From contig NW_026860005.1 of NCBI RefSeq assembly GCF_026571515.1, positions 62,001 through 126,000 on the forward strand: a stretch of 64,000 nucleotides of DNA, given 5' to 3'. Positions within the stretch are counted from its first letter, which is position 1. Each line of letters begins with the position of its first letter. The notes under the pieces were generated by a model. The model was not told where the DNA came from and did not search any database. It worked only from the letters and a program-made list of their open reading frames with translations. Position numbers and translations under genes: made by a program. Below, piece after piece: positions 40,801-55,800 of the stretch. This DNA comes from Ruditapes philippinarum. Lineage: Eukaryota.

Positions 40801-43800
40801 TCTTTGATTAATAGCTGGTACTCGGCGTCCCGGATCTGTTCGCATTTCAAGAATGTTTTTTACACGCTGATGTATGATGTCTTCATGTTATGTTAAATAA
40901 AAACTACCAGATTCACCAGTCAACGATTTGGAAAATCTTACTAGGTGCTAGTTGTATATTGATTGTACATTTAATATAAGAACACGTTTTACGTTCAAAA
41001 CAAATTATAAAATAGTAATGACGAATTTTCAGGACTATTTAATCATTTCGATAGTATATACATTTTTTTCTGAAATGCAAATAATTCGTTATATATTTCA
41101 TAATGGAACTGTTATGCATTTTTTTTGACAAACCTCATTTAGTTGTTTATACTTATTTACATATGGATGATTAATGGTCAATATAGAAACAAAACAATTA
41201 GCTGAAATTTACCAAATATTTCCACTATTCGAGGATAATGACTGACTCGATCAACATTAATAAGGGAATAATTTAACTATTTAATTAACGCCCTTACAAG
41301 GGCTATATCTACTACATCATTTAACTATCTAACGCCACAAGGGCTATATCTACTACGATGAATTTATAACATAAAACATTTAAATGAAATATCAATGCTA
41401 ACATTTCTGCAAGGTATAAATATAAAAACAATTATAATATAGTTACTTACCCAATCTTACAAATATTTCGTTGGTTTTTTCCCTTAAAGCAGTCCATAAT
41501 AAGAAATGATTCTGTGTTACATTGGATAATCACTTCTTGTTTTGTTGTTTTCATATTTGTCTAATTTACTTTATTTAGATTAATGGAGAACTTACGGCTG
41601 GAGAAAATATTGCAGATAATGGCGGAAGCAAGGAAAGCTTTAAGGTATAAAACAAATACAAATATATATACAAATGTATAAAGGTTATATGTCCTTCGGA
41701 GATTTAAGGGGTTATTACTGCAGGTATACAAAGAATCAATTTGAAAACATGTTTTGAAATTTAATTTCACTTAGACAGACTCCCAATAAATATTTGTTTA
41801 ATGTTACATCACTTTATTTTCCCTGTAATACCAGTGCTGACAATTTACATTCATTCTTGTTCTATACAGAAAGTACTAACGTGCTAGTAATTGTACTAAA
41901 GTCTAGTTCACGGAAATGGAAACAAATCATACATGAGTCAGTGCTGTATAAGTATACATGTATTAGTCTTTTTTTAAGAGCCTTGTTACCATGTAAACAG
42001 TTACTCTCGAATTAGATAATCGTGTCTGTACTGACAGCCGGTATGTGATTCTTATTATATGCTCGAGCCATTTTGAAGAATCCCACACGCGCCGGGGGAT
42101 TTACTGTGATTTCTACATTTGATTTGTATATCCAAAAGTAATTTCCGCCCTGTATAGACGCTAAGGATAAATTCTTATTATACATTCCCGATCTAAGAGT
42201 AAAATTCATCCAAACTATTATTGATGTAAAAAGGAGATTAAGTGATTTAATGAAGTAGTATTTAAGACGACCTTATTGCTTAAATAGCCTTTAACATGTA
42301 TCAACCACCACTTTGGACAAATCACTTGTAACACATGTTACCTTTTACGAATACGATCCTATTTGCAAACAGGACTGTAAAAGAAACTGTTACAATTGTG
42401 ATTTGTAACGAATATGATCCGACAATGCTACGTTTGACTATATTCTGCCTTTTTTTTAAACCAGGCATATCGTAATTGGGTAAAAAGAAGCCGGCAAGGT
42501 ATAGAAGAGCAGAAACTACCTGGGTTAGATTATACACCTAACCAATTATTTTTTCTGAATGAAGCACAGGTGAGAAGTTTTTTTCATGAAGAAAAATACA
42601 TATTTATTTATAATTAAATTCTTGTATTCATCATATTATATGTCAGTTATTTTGTTTTATTTGTAATCTTTATATATCTTTAAAAGTTGGAATAAAATAC
42701 AAAAGTTTGATTCCCGACCTTAAATTAAAACAAATCTTTTATTTAGACTGACGTGGATTAACTGATAGCTTTATCTGAACAAATCTGCTGTAGTACCGTT
42801 ACCTGCGATCACCTATCAATGAGTTTGTAAAGGAAAATATGTCCCTGACTAACCTGAAAACCCCACCGCGTTACTAACACATATGCCAGACACATCTAAC
42901 TTCAAAAACTTCTTCATTCACTTTTTCATGTTTAAAGTCTGACTACTGCTTAAGCCGCGTGCTACGGGCGCGCTGACGAGAATAGGCCTGCAACTACCAC
43001 TACCGTCCATGAAAGCGCACCCTATCTCTCACACCAATCACGTCAACTTTTTCTACCCCCCGGCCGAAACCGGCGGCGGATACTAAAAATTACATGCTCC
43101 TCACGTCCCGTCGACCTTCGTCCTCCGCTCTACTACAATTGCCTGTTCTCCCATGTGTCTACATCGCTAGTACAGACAGCTTTATGTGCACCATTCGATC
43201 CTCACAATATGCTTGACCACCCTAGCCACACTTCAACCCCACATCCTCTCAGCATAGCTAGGTATAAATGTTCTTTCATTCGGCTTCTTTAAAGAGGCCA
43301 ATAGTATAAAGAAAAAAAGACCACATTATTTGACGGAAAAATGTTCCGTCTAACCGCGACATCGTACTGTCCTTTTCAGTGTTTCTCCCTTTAATCAGCT
43401 CAACCTTCGTCTCACGGTATATACTGCATATTCTAGATTGATTTCCGTTACATATTGTTAGTCCGCGACTCAACATAAATAGTAAATTACAAGTGGGAAC
43501 CAAATACGCAGCTACCTGGCCAGAATATCGCGCATGCGCTGAAATTCATCTGACCATGTGCGCAAGGTGAGTAGTCAAATTACTTATGTGTTTCAATATG
43601 TTGAACTAACTTTATATATCTACTCTAATCGATTTATTTTTATAAATAAGATACATAAAGAATAGTGTCTTTTCTCTAATGCATGTGTTGTTGCAGACAT
43701 GAAAGTAATACATGTTGTGCGTCCGTTGCGGGCCAAAAAATCTCCACTGCGTATCTTTTAGTGGTAACCGTGTAGACAACATTTGTAAAATGGCGGACGT

Positions 43801-46800
43801 GTTGATTGACCTGATAGTGTTAATTTTGTATTTTACTACTTTTAATCCTCTGCACACTGATTTTGATATCTGTTAAGATGGTATCTAGTGATTAACTTTG
43901 TGGACTCAAACTGTCTGTTTCTGTCATGGGTCACGGGATTCTTACAGTACAGTTTCAAAAGAGTGTGTATTTGCAATTGATAATTTGTCTTCGTACCGCG
44001 TTGTATCTTATACTATATAAACAAACAATGCACCTGTCTTCGTGGCTTACATAATAATGCACCGGTTATCGATTATGTAACTTAGTCTAGATGTTTGTGT
44101 AATTCAACTTGACTACATCTACATATCATAAACTATTGTACTAGCTAACATTTTAAAATTCCTACGGCTACTTTTTATTACTATTATACTGACTTCAATA
44201 CATTTTAACTGAGTTGCTTGTGTTTCTTTACGATAAAATTCGTGCCTACTCTTGAGAAGTGGTCCACACAGCAGAACTACAAGGCGGACGTATGCATGAA
44301 TACTGCAAACGAACAAGCATATCAAACCAGACACTACTGGAAGACAAATTAAATATTCCGTGAAGAACTTAATCATATTCATTCATTTAGCTATCACTTT
44401 ATGCTTCTGTTTTTAGCGCCCAAAGATCATGTCAACAATCCTGTGTCTCACTTCTACAGCTAAGGAAGATACCGTATACTAAAATATGCTTACCTGAAGT
44501 AAGTAATCTTATCGACCTTTTTTGTAAACAATCGAGGTATAAGTAAATCTTAATAAAGCTCTCATTGTTTGCAATCTTAATACTTATTCACTTAATATAT
44601 CCATAAGTTATATACAAATAAAATAAGTGCAAAGAATAACCGTAGTATTCTTGCTCCCAGGTCCTTATTTTCTTCCCCACCAATTCTGTGAAAATTTTAA
44701 CAAAACCAGAGTCGGATTAGTTTAAATGAATATCGCGGTAATATGGCCAATGACGTGGTGCTCTATGACCTATTACACCTTAGACATCTACCATGTAACG
44801 TATAACTCCACCCCTAACAGACTGCTTTACACAGTTAAAAATTAACTTGAAATCGAAAGGTTCACAATATCTTTATTTTGGAGAAATTAAGCTTGCAGCT
44901 GTGAAAACATCATTGCTCATTTCATGGATTTAATTGGATTATGATTAGAGATAAGTGTCTATATTTTTTGTTATTGAAAGGAAATGCTCGCTGTGAATAC
45001 ACTCTAGAATAAGAGTAACTAGACACCAACATCAATGATAATGTAGTGATATCTTTCATTTAATTTTCAGTACTATGGATATCCATTTGTTCTGGTGTAG
45101 ATTACCTGGGTTACCTAGAAAAATGAAATGGCCAGTAAAAGTGAAAGAATGGGCATGATGACAAAAGCACTTGTCTACTGTAGGTCTGATGATGCATTGT
45201 AAGTTTTTTTCATTATTCTTCAATTAATGATTATGTATTCATCTTTCTAGTAAGCTATCACATATATTAAACCTACTCTCTTTCAACTTGCTTTTCACAA
45301 TTATTAACTGATGGCACATATCACATTCAACTTGATATATGAAGATGAGGAGTCAGAGCCTTGATAACGTTACCGTCTGCATGTAGCATTTTTTTTACAT
45401 GGAAGTATTTTTGTTTCAGTTCCAACACACTTGTGAATATTATTCGTAATTTATTTGTAGCTTTAGTATTACGAGGGATCATATGGTATCTTTTCCTGGG
45501 CCATTTGAAACATTACAAAACATAGGCATTGGTATAGTACCAGTTGTTAGCTACAGTACGCACATCGCATAACTTTCCCAACGCACACCCTACCCCGCGA
45601 TTTTGCTCAAGCGTGTTCACCATATTTTGAACCCCCAAGAAAGGGTTTTCACGGTGATAAGCGGCCTCAAACATGGTGGTCACGGACACGATGTGTTGAG
45701 GTGTTCATTCGCAGTGATTTCACTGTGTTCTTTTTCTGTAAAAATCAACTCACCTGCCATTCCAGTGTAATTAAAAAAAATAATAATTAAAATCCATTTA
45801 AAAAACCTATTTTTAATGCTGCCTGATGGATCCGATTTTGACAAACATTGATTAAAAAAAACGAAGACCAATACACACACACAAACTATTTTGACTCGCA
45901 CTAAAATAATTGAACTAATAATAATCCGATGAAAATATTTTCTTTTCACTTGATGTTTACGTGAGCAATTATTAAAGACATGTATAATCTTTTCTTCACA
46001 AAAATGATCGGCGAATGTCAAAGTTAGCAACCTCTTTGATTTCGGTTGAGTAAAGTCGCAGCGTCTAAACAATTCTTTTGAAGTGTCGGTTATAGGCACC
46101 TGTAAAAAGGTCAACTTGTCTATTTATTAGAATCTACATGAATTTATATTTTCAGTTGTGTTGTGCATACAATTTAACATTTTTCATATATAATTTGCTT
46201 GGCACAAGTTTGATTAAATTAATATAAATTTATGCGAGTGTTTTAAAAATTGTGCATTTTAGCAGTATGGAATTCAGGCAATCTTGAGGGATAACTCATT
46301 TATTTTATTGTTAATAACTATGTAGACTGTCAAAAGTTGATGGATTAAATCTTTATAAATCAGAAAGGTAATTTTTAATCACCCATTTATATCAAATTCT
46401 GAAGACTATTTTGTTTGTCCGCAACATATTTACACAAAAACGCGCATTCTCATGCATATTCGGGTAGCTGAATTAACCAGTTTTAGGGGATTTTCGAAAA
46501 ATTATTTTACATGATTAAAAAGATCATTAGTCAAGACTTGTTGTTTTGTATTATTTGAGCCTTCACAAGTCTGCCATACAAAAATGAGAATAGAGAAACG
46601 CGATATTCACACATTTTCTTTAGCTTCCCAGCGTTTGTTTTGGCTTGGAACAATTACAGTATTATGAATTAAATAAAAGTGCGAAAACAAGGTAATATCT
46701 AAACATAACTTAACCTTTTTTTGTGCTTCAAAGCTGATGAAACCACAGTGGAAATATTATGAAAAATATTTGTTGTTGTTAAAAAATATCGAATGAACAC

Positions 46801-49800
46801 CGAGAATCATCGTGTGGGGACACCATGAACCACTGTGTGCACACTTCAGTGTCCTCTAAGATATCTGATCGTATCCGTGACACTGTGATTGAACATGCTC
46901 AATAAATTTTCGTTGCAGTGTTCGCATGGAAAAGGGAAGTTAACGCGATGCGCATACTGTATTACTGCTTTGTTTCAAACCTTTACTTTTGATTGTTCTC
47001 ATTGCAGTTAAATGTAAGAAAGTTCTAAAATAGCTTTTGTTATAGTTACAAACCTGGGTTGTCACTAGGTATTTTTCTTGGAAGGCTTATTTTGAATTAA
47101 AAGTTATATATTTAATTAGGGGTGTGCAATATATCGCAATATATCAGTTATCGCAATATATTCTCTGACAATATAATATTGCAATATGATTTTAAAATAT
47201 TGCAATATTTCAATTGCATTGTTAGAATGATGTCTAAAACATGGTTGAATATTAGCATTTAAAGAAAGAAAGGAAAAAAATCTTGCAAAAAAAAAAAATG
47301 TTTACTTAGCTCATTTCCGGTCTTGTTACAGGATTTTTTTACTTAATTTGTTTTTTATTTTACTTAAAAACAAGTTAGACCTCAGTCACATAAGGGGACA
47401 CAAACATAAAACAGGAATAGCTTATTTAGTGTTCAAATATTTCATTTCCATGATTTCTATATGGTCACAATATATTGCAGTATTTATTAAAATATCGCAA
47501 TATATCGCAATACCATTTTGTCTGGCAATACTCAGGCCTATATTTAATAACATAGAATAAAGAGTGTTTCCTTGTTTCGTGGCAGTCATTTTGGCATCCA
47601 GCCTCCTATTGACAACCCGAGTTAACTGTTATAATTGCTTGATTCAATGCATGAAAAATGTTCTGAATTATACATTCCTGTACAGATATTTTAAAATGCA
47701 GATGCCTACTGTATTAATTAATTTTTATTGATGTCATGTAAAGCAAAAGGTTGTTTAAAGTGAGCTTACTGCTATTGCCATGTACATTATGTGTCATTAA
47801 GGTGTTGCTTTAAAAGCAAATACATTTTACACCACAGGCTTAATTGAAACCAAACTTGAAGGATCCTTAGGTGTTCCCCTTTAAAAAAAATCAAAAAGTT
47901 AAATTTATTGATCTTAAAAGAATAAAATTATCTCTCAGAAGCCACAGGGCTTAAACTTAAGATAATTGTACATAATAGTTTAGCAATATCTTGCACAACA
48001 CATGGTTGTCATTTCATTTATCTCTGTAATTGGCTTAGTTAACTTAAGAATCTGTATGTATGTGGTTTTAGTCATAATTATAAATGTAATGTTCAAAATT
48101 CATCTTAGAATATGACCATAAAAAATGAAAATTTTTAAATAAATTAAAAAAAAAATTCTGACAAAAAGGATTTTTGTTGTCTAAATACTTTCATGTAATG
48201 AATCATGATAAACATTAAGGCTTGAAATGTTACTTTCTGGTTTGAAGTTGAATTACCATTGAACAATTTTCTTCTCATTTAGTTTGCCTCCTTACTGTTT
48301 AGCTTACAAGATTATCATGTAATCTTCTGTTTTTTATATATATTTAAGACTCTTTAAAGAAGAAAAAAACAACTCTAAAAGCTTTTAAAGAGGACATAGA
48401 CTGGGCCTTGGCTGAAGTCTTGAATGGTAAGTAATTTGCTTACCACAGTACTTTGAATGATCAGAATGATCTGATCATGATCTTTTTTTTGTGACATTGT
48501 TTTATCGTAATTAAAGATTTGCATGCAGTCTTATAATTAATTTTAACAAAAAAGAGTGTAGTGAATTGAATCTATAATCTTGTGTCATTCTTAAATTGTA
48601 ATTGTTTATGTCGATATAGACTATATACTATATCCTTTCTAATATACCAATATCTTTACACTGCCACAACCATACTCAGCCACATTACATGAGTGACAAG
48701 ATTCGGAGATTCCATATGAAAATGCAATTTTCCGGCTGTCAATCTCTTATAAAATGTTCGCTATCTAATGCGTGTCTTTATGGCCTCAGAAACAAGTCAC
48801 AATAGTCGAAATGCCACAAAGATTAGGACAGTCATTTAAGCAAGAAATATTTAATTTTACCAACATTAACCATCATAAGAACAAAGAAACTATGTCTTCT
48901 ATGGCCTCAAACTTAAATGGCAACAATAATGATGGACAACGAATGTACTAACCTAAGACTATCATGAGCACTGGGATAAACATCTCCATGATACTGTCTT
49001 ATCACCAATATATTGTTGTTGTCATCCTTTCTAGCGCAAACCAACAGAGTTGAGGAGAGCTGTTCAGATAATACAAATGACCACCCAATGTTGTGCACAT
49101 GCACAATCCGAAGCAGCAAGAACTATTGGATGCGATGATGCGTGCGGCCAGGAACTCAAGATAATCAAGTCTACACGTTGACGACAATAATCTGTGACAG
49201 TGACACAAAGAACCGGTAAATCTCTCAGACTCGATGCGTTGTATTGAGCTAATGTTACAACATTCAAAATCTTAATCATTGTCCTCCAATATTGCAACTC
49301 TATCAGTCGTATGTAAGGTATAAAGTGACCAGCATTACCATACATTTTTTCATGATATGACTGCATCTATGATTGGCCTTGCGATTAAAAAGCCACCAAC
49401 TGAGCACATGATTGCCTGAAGATCCATTGCAATTGCACATCAGATATTTTAAACTAAAAAAACATACACTCCTGCATTAATGTGTCTATAATGGCCTTTA
49501 AAAAACTTGTCACATATAGATGGATAAGACTGGAAAGTATGAAATGAAAGGCAGGTTTCATTTTACAAATTATTCCGTTCTGTAATAATATGTCTTCTGT
49601 GGCTTCTAAGACAAGTCACATAATGATAGACAAAGTTTTCAAAGTGGATTGAAGATTTCTTTATTTAATTCATTTATTCTGTTGTTGTCTTTCAGCAAAC
49701 ACATTTGTGGTGGAGAGTTGTTCAGGTGATTATGACATGAATGATTGTCACATGGAAATACAAAGCAACAACTTTAGTGGTAACATACAACATCAACGTT

Positions 49801-52800
49801 ACAAATCTGTTGAAAATGATAACTGTGGTGAGTTTCTGTTTTTGATTTGCAAACATTGATCCCATTTTTTCATTTTTTACATAAAAAAAATATGTTTATC
49901 TGTTTGCTGAGTGAAAAAGTATAAATTATATCTTAAATATTGTGTCTCAAAAAAAAAGTATTTGGTGATACATAATACAGTGTGTGTTTAAGTTTACAAT
50001 ACATTCTGAATCTTGAGTGTCTTCTTTGGCCTCTAAAATAAGTCACATGAAGATGGACAAGATAGCAAGATCATGAATAGAATTTATGTTTCATTTTACA
50101 AGTTATTCTAAATCAATGTGTCTCATAAAGCTACAATAAATTGGCCACATTATGATGGACAAGATTTCAAAATAAGCATGGAATAAAATGCATATTCAAT
50201 TTATTAACACCAATTGTTATTGTCTTATAGAAATCAAGCAGAATGAGGAGAGCTGTTCAGGTGATTCAAATGATGGCAATGATGATGACATAGAAATACA
50301 AGACAACACGTTTGTTGACAGAAATGATGGTGACATGGAAATTCAGGAGAACAAATCTGTAAATGACAATGATGGTGACCTTAAAATTCACAACAAATTT
50401 ATCAACGACAATGATGGTGACATGGAAATTCAGGAGAACAAATCTGTCAACGACAATGATGGTGACATAGAAATTCAGGACAACAAATCTGTCAATGACA
50501 ATGATGGTGACCTTAAAATTCACAACAAATTTATCAACGACAATGATGGTGACATAGAAATTCAGAACAACAAATCTGTCAATGACAATGATGGTGACCT
50601 TAAAATTCACAACAAATTTATCAACGGCAATGATGATGACATAGAAATACAAGACAACACGTTTGTTGACAGAAATGATGGTGACATGGAAATTCAGAAC
50701 AACAAATCAGTCAATGACGATAAAGTTGACATGGAAATTTACATCAACAAATCTGCCGATAGTAATGATAGTGACATAGAAATTCACGACAAATATGTCA
50801 CCAGCAATGACAGTGGTGAGTTAATGTCTTTTAATTTGAAAGCTTATTTTTTTATCCTTCTTTTACTTTCATAATAGCCTATTAATCTAGTAGTTGGGAG
50901 GGAGAATTTTAAATTTGTCTTCAATATATTGTGCCTGTTGTTTGGGTTTTAAGGTTTAGGTTTTATGGAACAAACACATACCAATATTTGTGCATTTAAT
51001 GAATAATATTTGAAAATGATATGAAATACAGTGTGTGTTTAAGTTTACAATACATTCTGAATCTTGAGTGTCTTCTTTGGCCTCTAAAATAAGTCACATG
51101 AAGATGGACAAGATAGCAAGATCATGAATAGAATTTATGTTTCATTTTACAAGTTATTCTAAATCAATGTGTCTCATAAAGCTACAATAAATTGGCCACA
51201 TTATGATGGACAAGATTTCAAAATAAGCATGGAATAAAATGCATATTCAATTTATTAACACCAATTGTTATTGTCTTATAGAAATCAAGCAGAATGAGGA
51301 GAGCTGTTCAGATGATTCAAATGATGGCAATGATGATGACATAGAAATACAAGACAACACGTTTGTTGACAGAAATGATGGTGACATGGAAATTCAGGAG
51401 AACAAATCTGTCAACGACAATGATGGTGACATAGAAATTCAGGACAACAAATCTGTCAATGACAATGATGGTGACCTTAAAATTCACAACAAATTTATCA
51501 ACGACAATGATGGTGACATGGAAATTCAGGAGAACAAATCTGTCAATGACAATGATGGTGACATAGAAATTCAGGAGAACAAATCTGTCAATGACAATGA
51601 TGGTGACATAGAAATTCAGGACAACAAATCTGTCAATGACAATGATGGTGACCTTAAAATTCACAACAAATTTATCAACGACAATGATGGTGACATAGAA
51701 ATTCAGGACAACAAATCTGTCAATGACAATGATGGTGACCCTAAAATTCACAACAAATTTATCAACGGCAATGATGGTGACATAGAAATTCTAAACAACA
51801 AATCTGTCAATGACAATGATGGTGACCTTAAAATTCACAACAAATTTATCAACGGCAATGATGATGACATAGAAATACAAGACAACACGTTTGTTGACAG
51901 AAATGATGGTGACATGGAAATTCAGAACAACAAATCAGTCAATGACGATAAAGTTGACATGGAAATTTACATCAACAAATCTGCCGATAGTAATGATATT
52001 GACATAGAAATTCACGACAAATATGTCACCAGCAATGACAGTGGTGAGTTAATGTCTTTAAATTTGAAAACTTATTTTTTTATCCTTCTTTTACTTTTCA
52101 TAATAGCCTATTAATCTAGTAGTTGGGAGGGAGAATTTTAAATTTGTCTTCAATATATTGTGCCTGTTGTTTGGGTTTTAAGGTTTAGGTTTTATGGAAC
52201 AAACACATACCAATATTTGTGCATTTAATGAATAATATTTGAAAATGATATGAAATACAGTGTGTGTTTAAGTTTACAATACATTCTGAATCTTGAGTGT
52301 CTTCTTTGGCCTCTAAAATAAGTCACATGAAGATGGACAAGATAGCAAGATCATGAATAGAATTTATGTTTCATTATACAAGTTATTCTAAATCAATGTG
52401 TCTCATAAAGCTACAATAAATTGGCCACATTATGATGGACAAGATTTCAAAATAAGCATGGAATAAAATGCATATTCAATTTATGAACACCAATTGTTAT
52501 TGTCTTATAGAAATCAAACAGAATGAGGAGAGCTGTTCAGATGATTCAAATGATGGCAATGATGATGACATAGAAATACAAGACAACACGTTTGTTGACG
52601 GTAATGATGGTGACATGGAAATTCAGAACAACAAATATGTTGACAGTGATAATGGTGGTGAGTTAATGTTTGATAATAAAGTTTTAGTAGTGTTTTTAGT
52701 CAAAAGTATGATTGAATAGATCTGAATATGCCATGTCAACTTGCATGTTGTGAATAATACATGGCATATTAATGGGATATTTATAGCCATGAAAAAGCCA

Positions 52801-55800
52801 CATATTGATGGACATGATTAAAAAGGGATCATAGATGTATATGCTTCGGATTTGTTAACATTATACTTGTAAACTTGGTGTTTTGTTAGCAGACATACAA
52901 CACAATGAAGGATATGAATATGATCATTTTAGAAAACTGACTATTATTTAATCATTATTGTCATGATGGTCTTAAGTTATGCCCTGTATGCAAATTCAAA
53001 TGCATCAATATAAAGTCACTTATATTGAAATCCATACGTTCTGACAGTTACTCATGTTTTTTTTTCAGAGTCTGACTTCAGCTATGATGATGATAAAGAT
53101 GAAGATTATGTCTTGCCTTCAGACATTGATTCAGACGAAGAGGTTTGTCCAGCACCAGACATGTCAAAGTTTCTGAAGAAGCATGTTGAAACCAAGATTT
53201 TGTTTGAAAATGTTAATGAATCAGCAGATTGCCTTGGTTGCTGCTCTGTTCCAGACATCCAGAAGAAAACTGCTGCGGCCAAGAATATGTACAAGAGAGT
53301 TACTGAATCAGCAGATTCACTTGATAGTAATTGTTATGTTCAAGGCATTGGAAATGATGCTACTGTTCCCCTGGAAAATGTAAGCGATTTAGAACTGAAA
53401 AGGTTAGATGAGGACAAAATTATCAGAGATGTGAATTTAAGAAAAATTTACATGCGAAAGCACATGAAATTGTCCGGAAAGCAAAGTCAACAGATGCGGA
53501 AAAAAACTACTGAAAGAATATATAACAATTACCACTGTTGTTTTTATTGCTCTAGATTTGTACAATACATAAGCACACACATGAAAACTCACAGAAACAT
53601 AGATGCTGTGCGAAACATAATGAAAATGACGAACCCAGATTTCAGTACAATAAGAAAGCTAGGAGATGATAAAAATAATCAAAAAGTAGTGGAGATGAAA
53701 GAGGGTGAGTTTCTCATTGCCCGTCGACCAAACAAACAACTACTTGGATGTTCAACAATATGGGCCTTGTCCCCATTGTAGGGAATGGCTCAACTTAATG
53801 GTTTAAAGAAGCACATTCACCAGTGTTTGAAAGGAAGCTCTGAGGATGAAATAAAAGAGAGTGTAGGCAACTGTGTCTTGAAATCCCAAGTCATGGCTGG
53901 ATTTATATCTTCAAAAACCAGCAAGGTCATGAGAGAAGAAGTCTTGCCAGCAATGAAGAGAGATACTGTTCGACATGTTGTTATAAATGACAAACTCATA
54001 CTAATGCTTGGAGAAAGTTGGTTGAGACGAAATGTTGACAATGTTGAAAAGAGAAAATACTATGCCAGTCAGCATATGCGACTTGTAGCAAAAATGTTGC
54101 TTGAGTTGAGAAAAATGAAGGAGTATGAGGAAGGAAATGTAACTGAACAAAATAATGATGACACAGAAACTGCACTCTGGGAGTTTCTGAAACCAGGTTG
54201 TTTTGACAAGATTGTTGATGCTTCCCTTCAAGTTTCATTGCCAGATATGGATGACATGAGTGAACTGAAAGCACCCAAGTAATGCTATAAAATTGAAGTA
54301 CGATCTGAAACGATTGGTCAATATGAAGTATGCCTTTCTGATGAAAACAAACCAAGAAGGCAGAGAAGTCTCTGATTGTAAATCGTTCCTGGAGCTAATG
54401 AATTTAGAATGGAGTGAAAGAGTAACAAAGATTGCCAGGACTATCCTGCAGAAGAGAAAGTACATAGAAAGCAAAGACTTGCCTTCACCTGATGACATTG
54501 AAAAGTTGACTAAATATCTTGTGTCACAATTAGAGTCTATGGAACTGATCCCAGACAATTACATGAAAATTAATGCTCTGTGTCAAACACGCTTGATGAT
54601 GTATAACAAAAGGCGTTCAGGAGAACTTGAAGTAATTAGGTAAGTGATTCAATAAGCAAGTACATTTATTACATATAGTAAGCTTAAAAATTTGTGTTCA
54701 GATAGCTTTCCTTTTTTCTAATAGGTGAACTTAAAATAATATTTTCTTTGCAAAAGATTAAATAAAAGGATACGTTAACATCCAACAATTGTCACCTTAT
54801 ATCAACGTTATTTTGACTTGCGCTTGAAGTGTTTCAGTAGCTTGAAATAATATATTTTCTATCACATCTCAGTCTTCAGAGTTATGCAGCCAGAAGAAAA
54901 GACCTGTCTGACATTGACGAATCTGTGGCAGCTGATCTAACAAAAGTGGAGACATACTTGCTAAAGTCTCAAGAGTTGATGACAGTTCGAGGCAAGGTAA
55001 ATTTTCATATCTTTAAATATTATTTGCTTTCCTGAGAAATTCTGGTGATGAGCTTTTAGATCTTGTGATCCAAGTGAATTACCGATGAAAATTAATTGGC
55101 CTATTGCCTAAATGGCCAAAAATCTCCACTCAACTGAACATTAATACAGCTGCATAAGTAGACAAAAACAATGCCCTTCAAGGTCAAATCCCGGGCTCAT
55201 AAGTGACCTTGAACTTCAAGGTCTTCAAATTATTGTATTTTGCTTGATTTTTGCTATAGTTTTCTATAACATTGTTATTTATAGATGGATTGTCTACAGA
55301 CTTCACAATGCTTGTGTCAAGACCTAGAAGAACAAACTGAATTTGACCTTTACCTTTATATGACCTTGAATTTAGCTAAAATGGTGATAACTTTGTTAAT
55401 AATGGACAGATTTGATTGATACTTGGACAAAAAAAAAACACTTAAGGCAAAATCGACATTTTTCTTTCTCCAAGTTTGACCATGGCCTATCTATGACCTT
55501 GACCATCAAGGTCAAATTATTGAATTAAACTATAATTCACTATAACTTTGTTATAAATGGATGGACCGTCTAAAGACTTGGACAAAACGACAACTAGGAA
55601 TATATATAGTCTAGTATAACTGTTCATAATTAGTCTCTTAAGACCTGTCTATAAGTCTCTTAAACTTGTCCATAATTAGTCTCTTAAAACCTGTCCTGAA
55701 TTAGTCTCCTAAAACCTGTCCATAATTAGTCTCTTAAACCTGTCCATAATTAAGTCTCATAAAACATGTCCTGAATTAGTCTCTTAAAACCTGTCCAAAA

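Noticed and set aside
42850-43260. C-rich, irregular stretch as a possible ncRNA or second cargo gene
   Set aside because: No ORF, splice pattern or recognisable fold; may be promoter DNA or low-quality consensus.
50266-51751. Hydrophobic minus-strand ORFs (50266-50652, 51317-51751)
   Set aside because: Antisense shadows of the Asp/Asn coding repeats; the splice signals support the + strand.
45075-53100. SET domain upstream of the YR, as I recall in some related animal proteins
   Set aside because: No GxG, RxxNHS or ELxYDY motifs were found in the exons identified.
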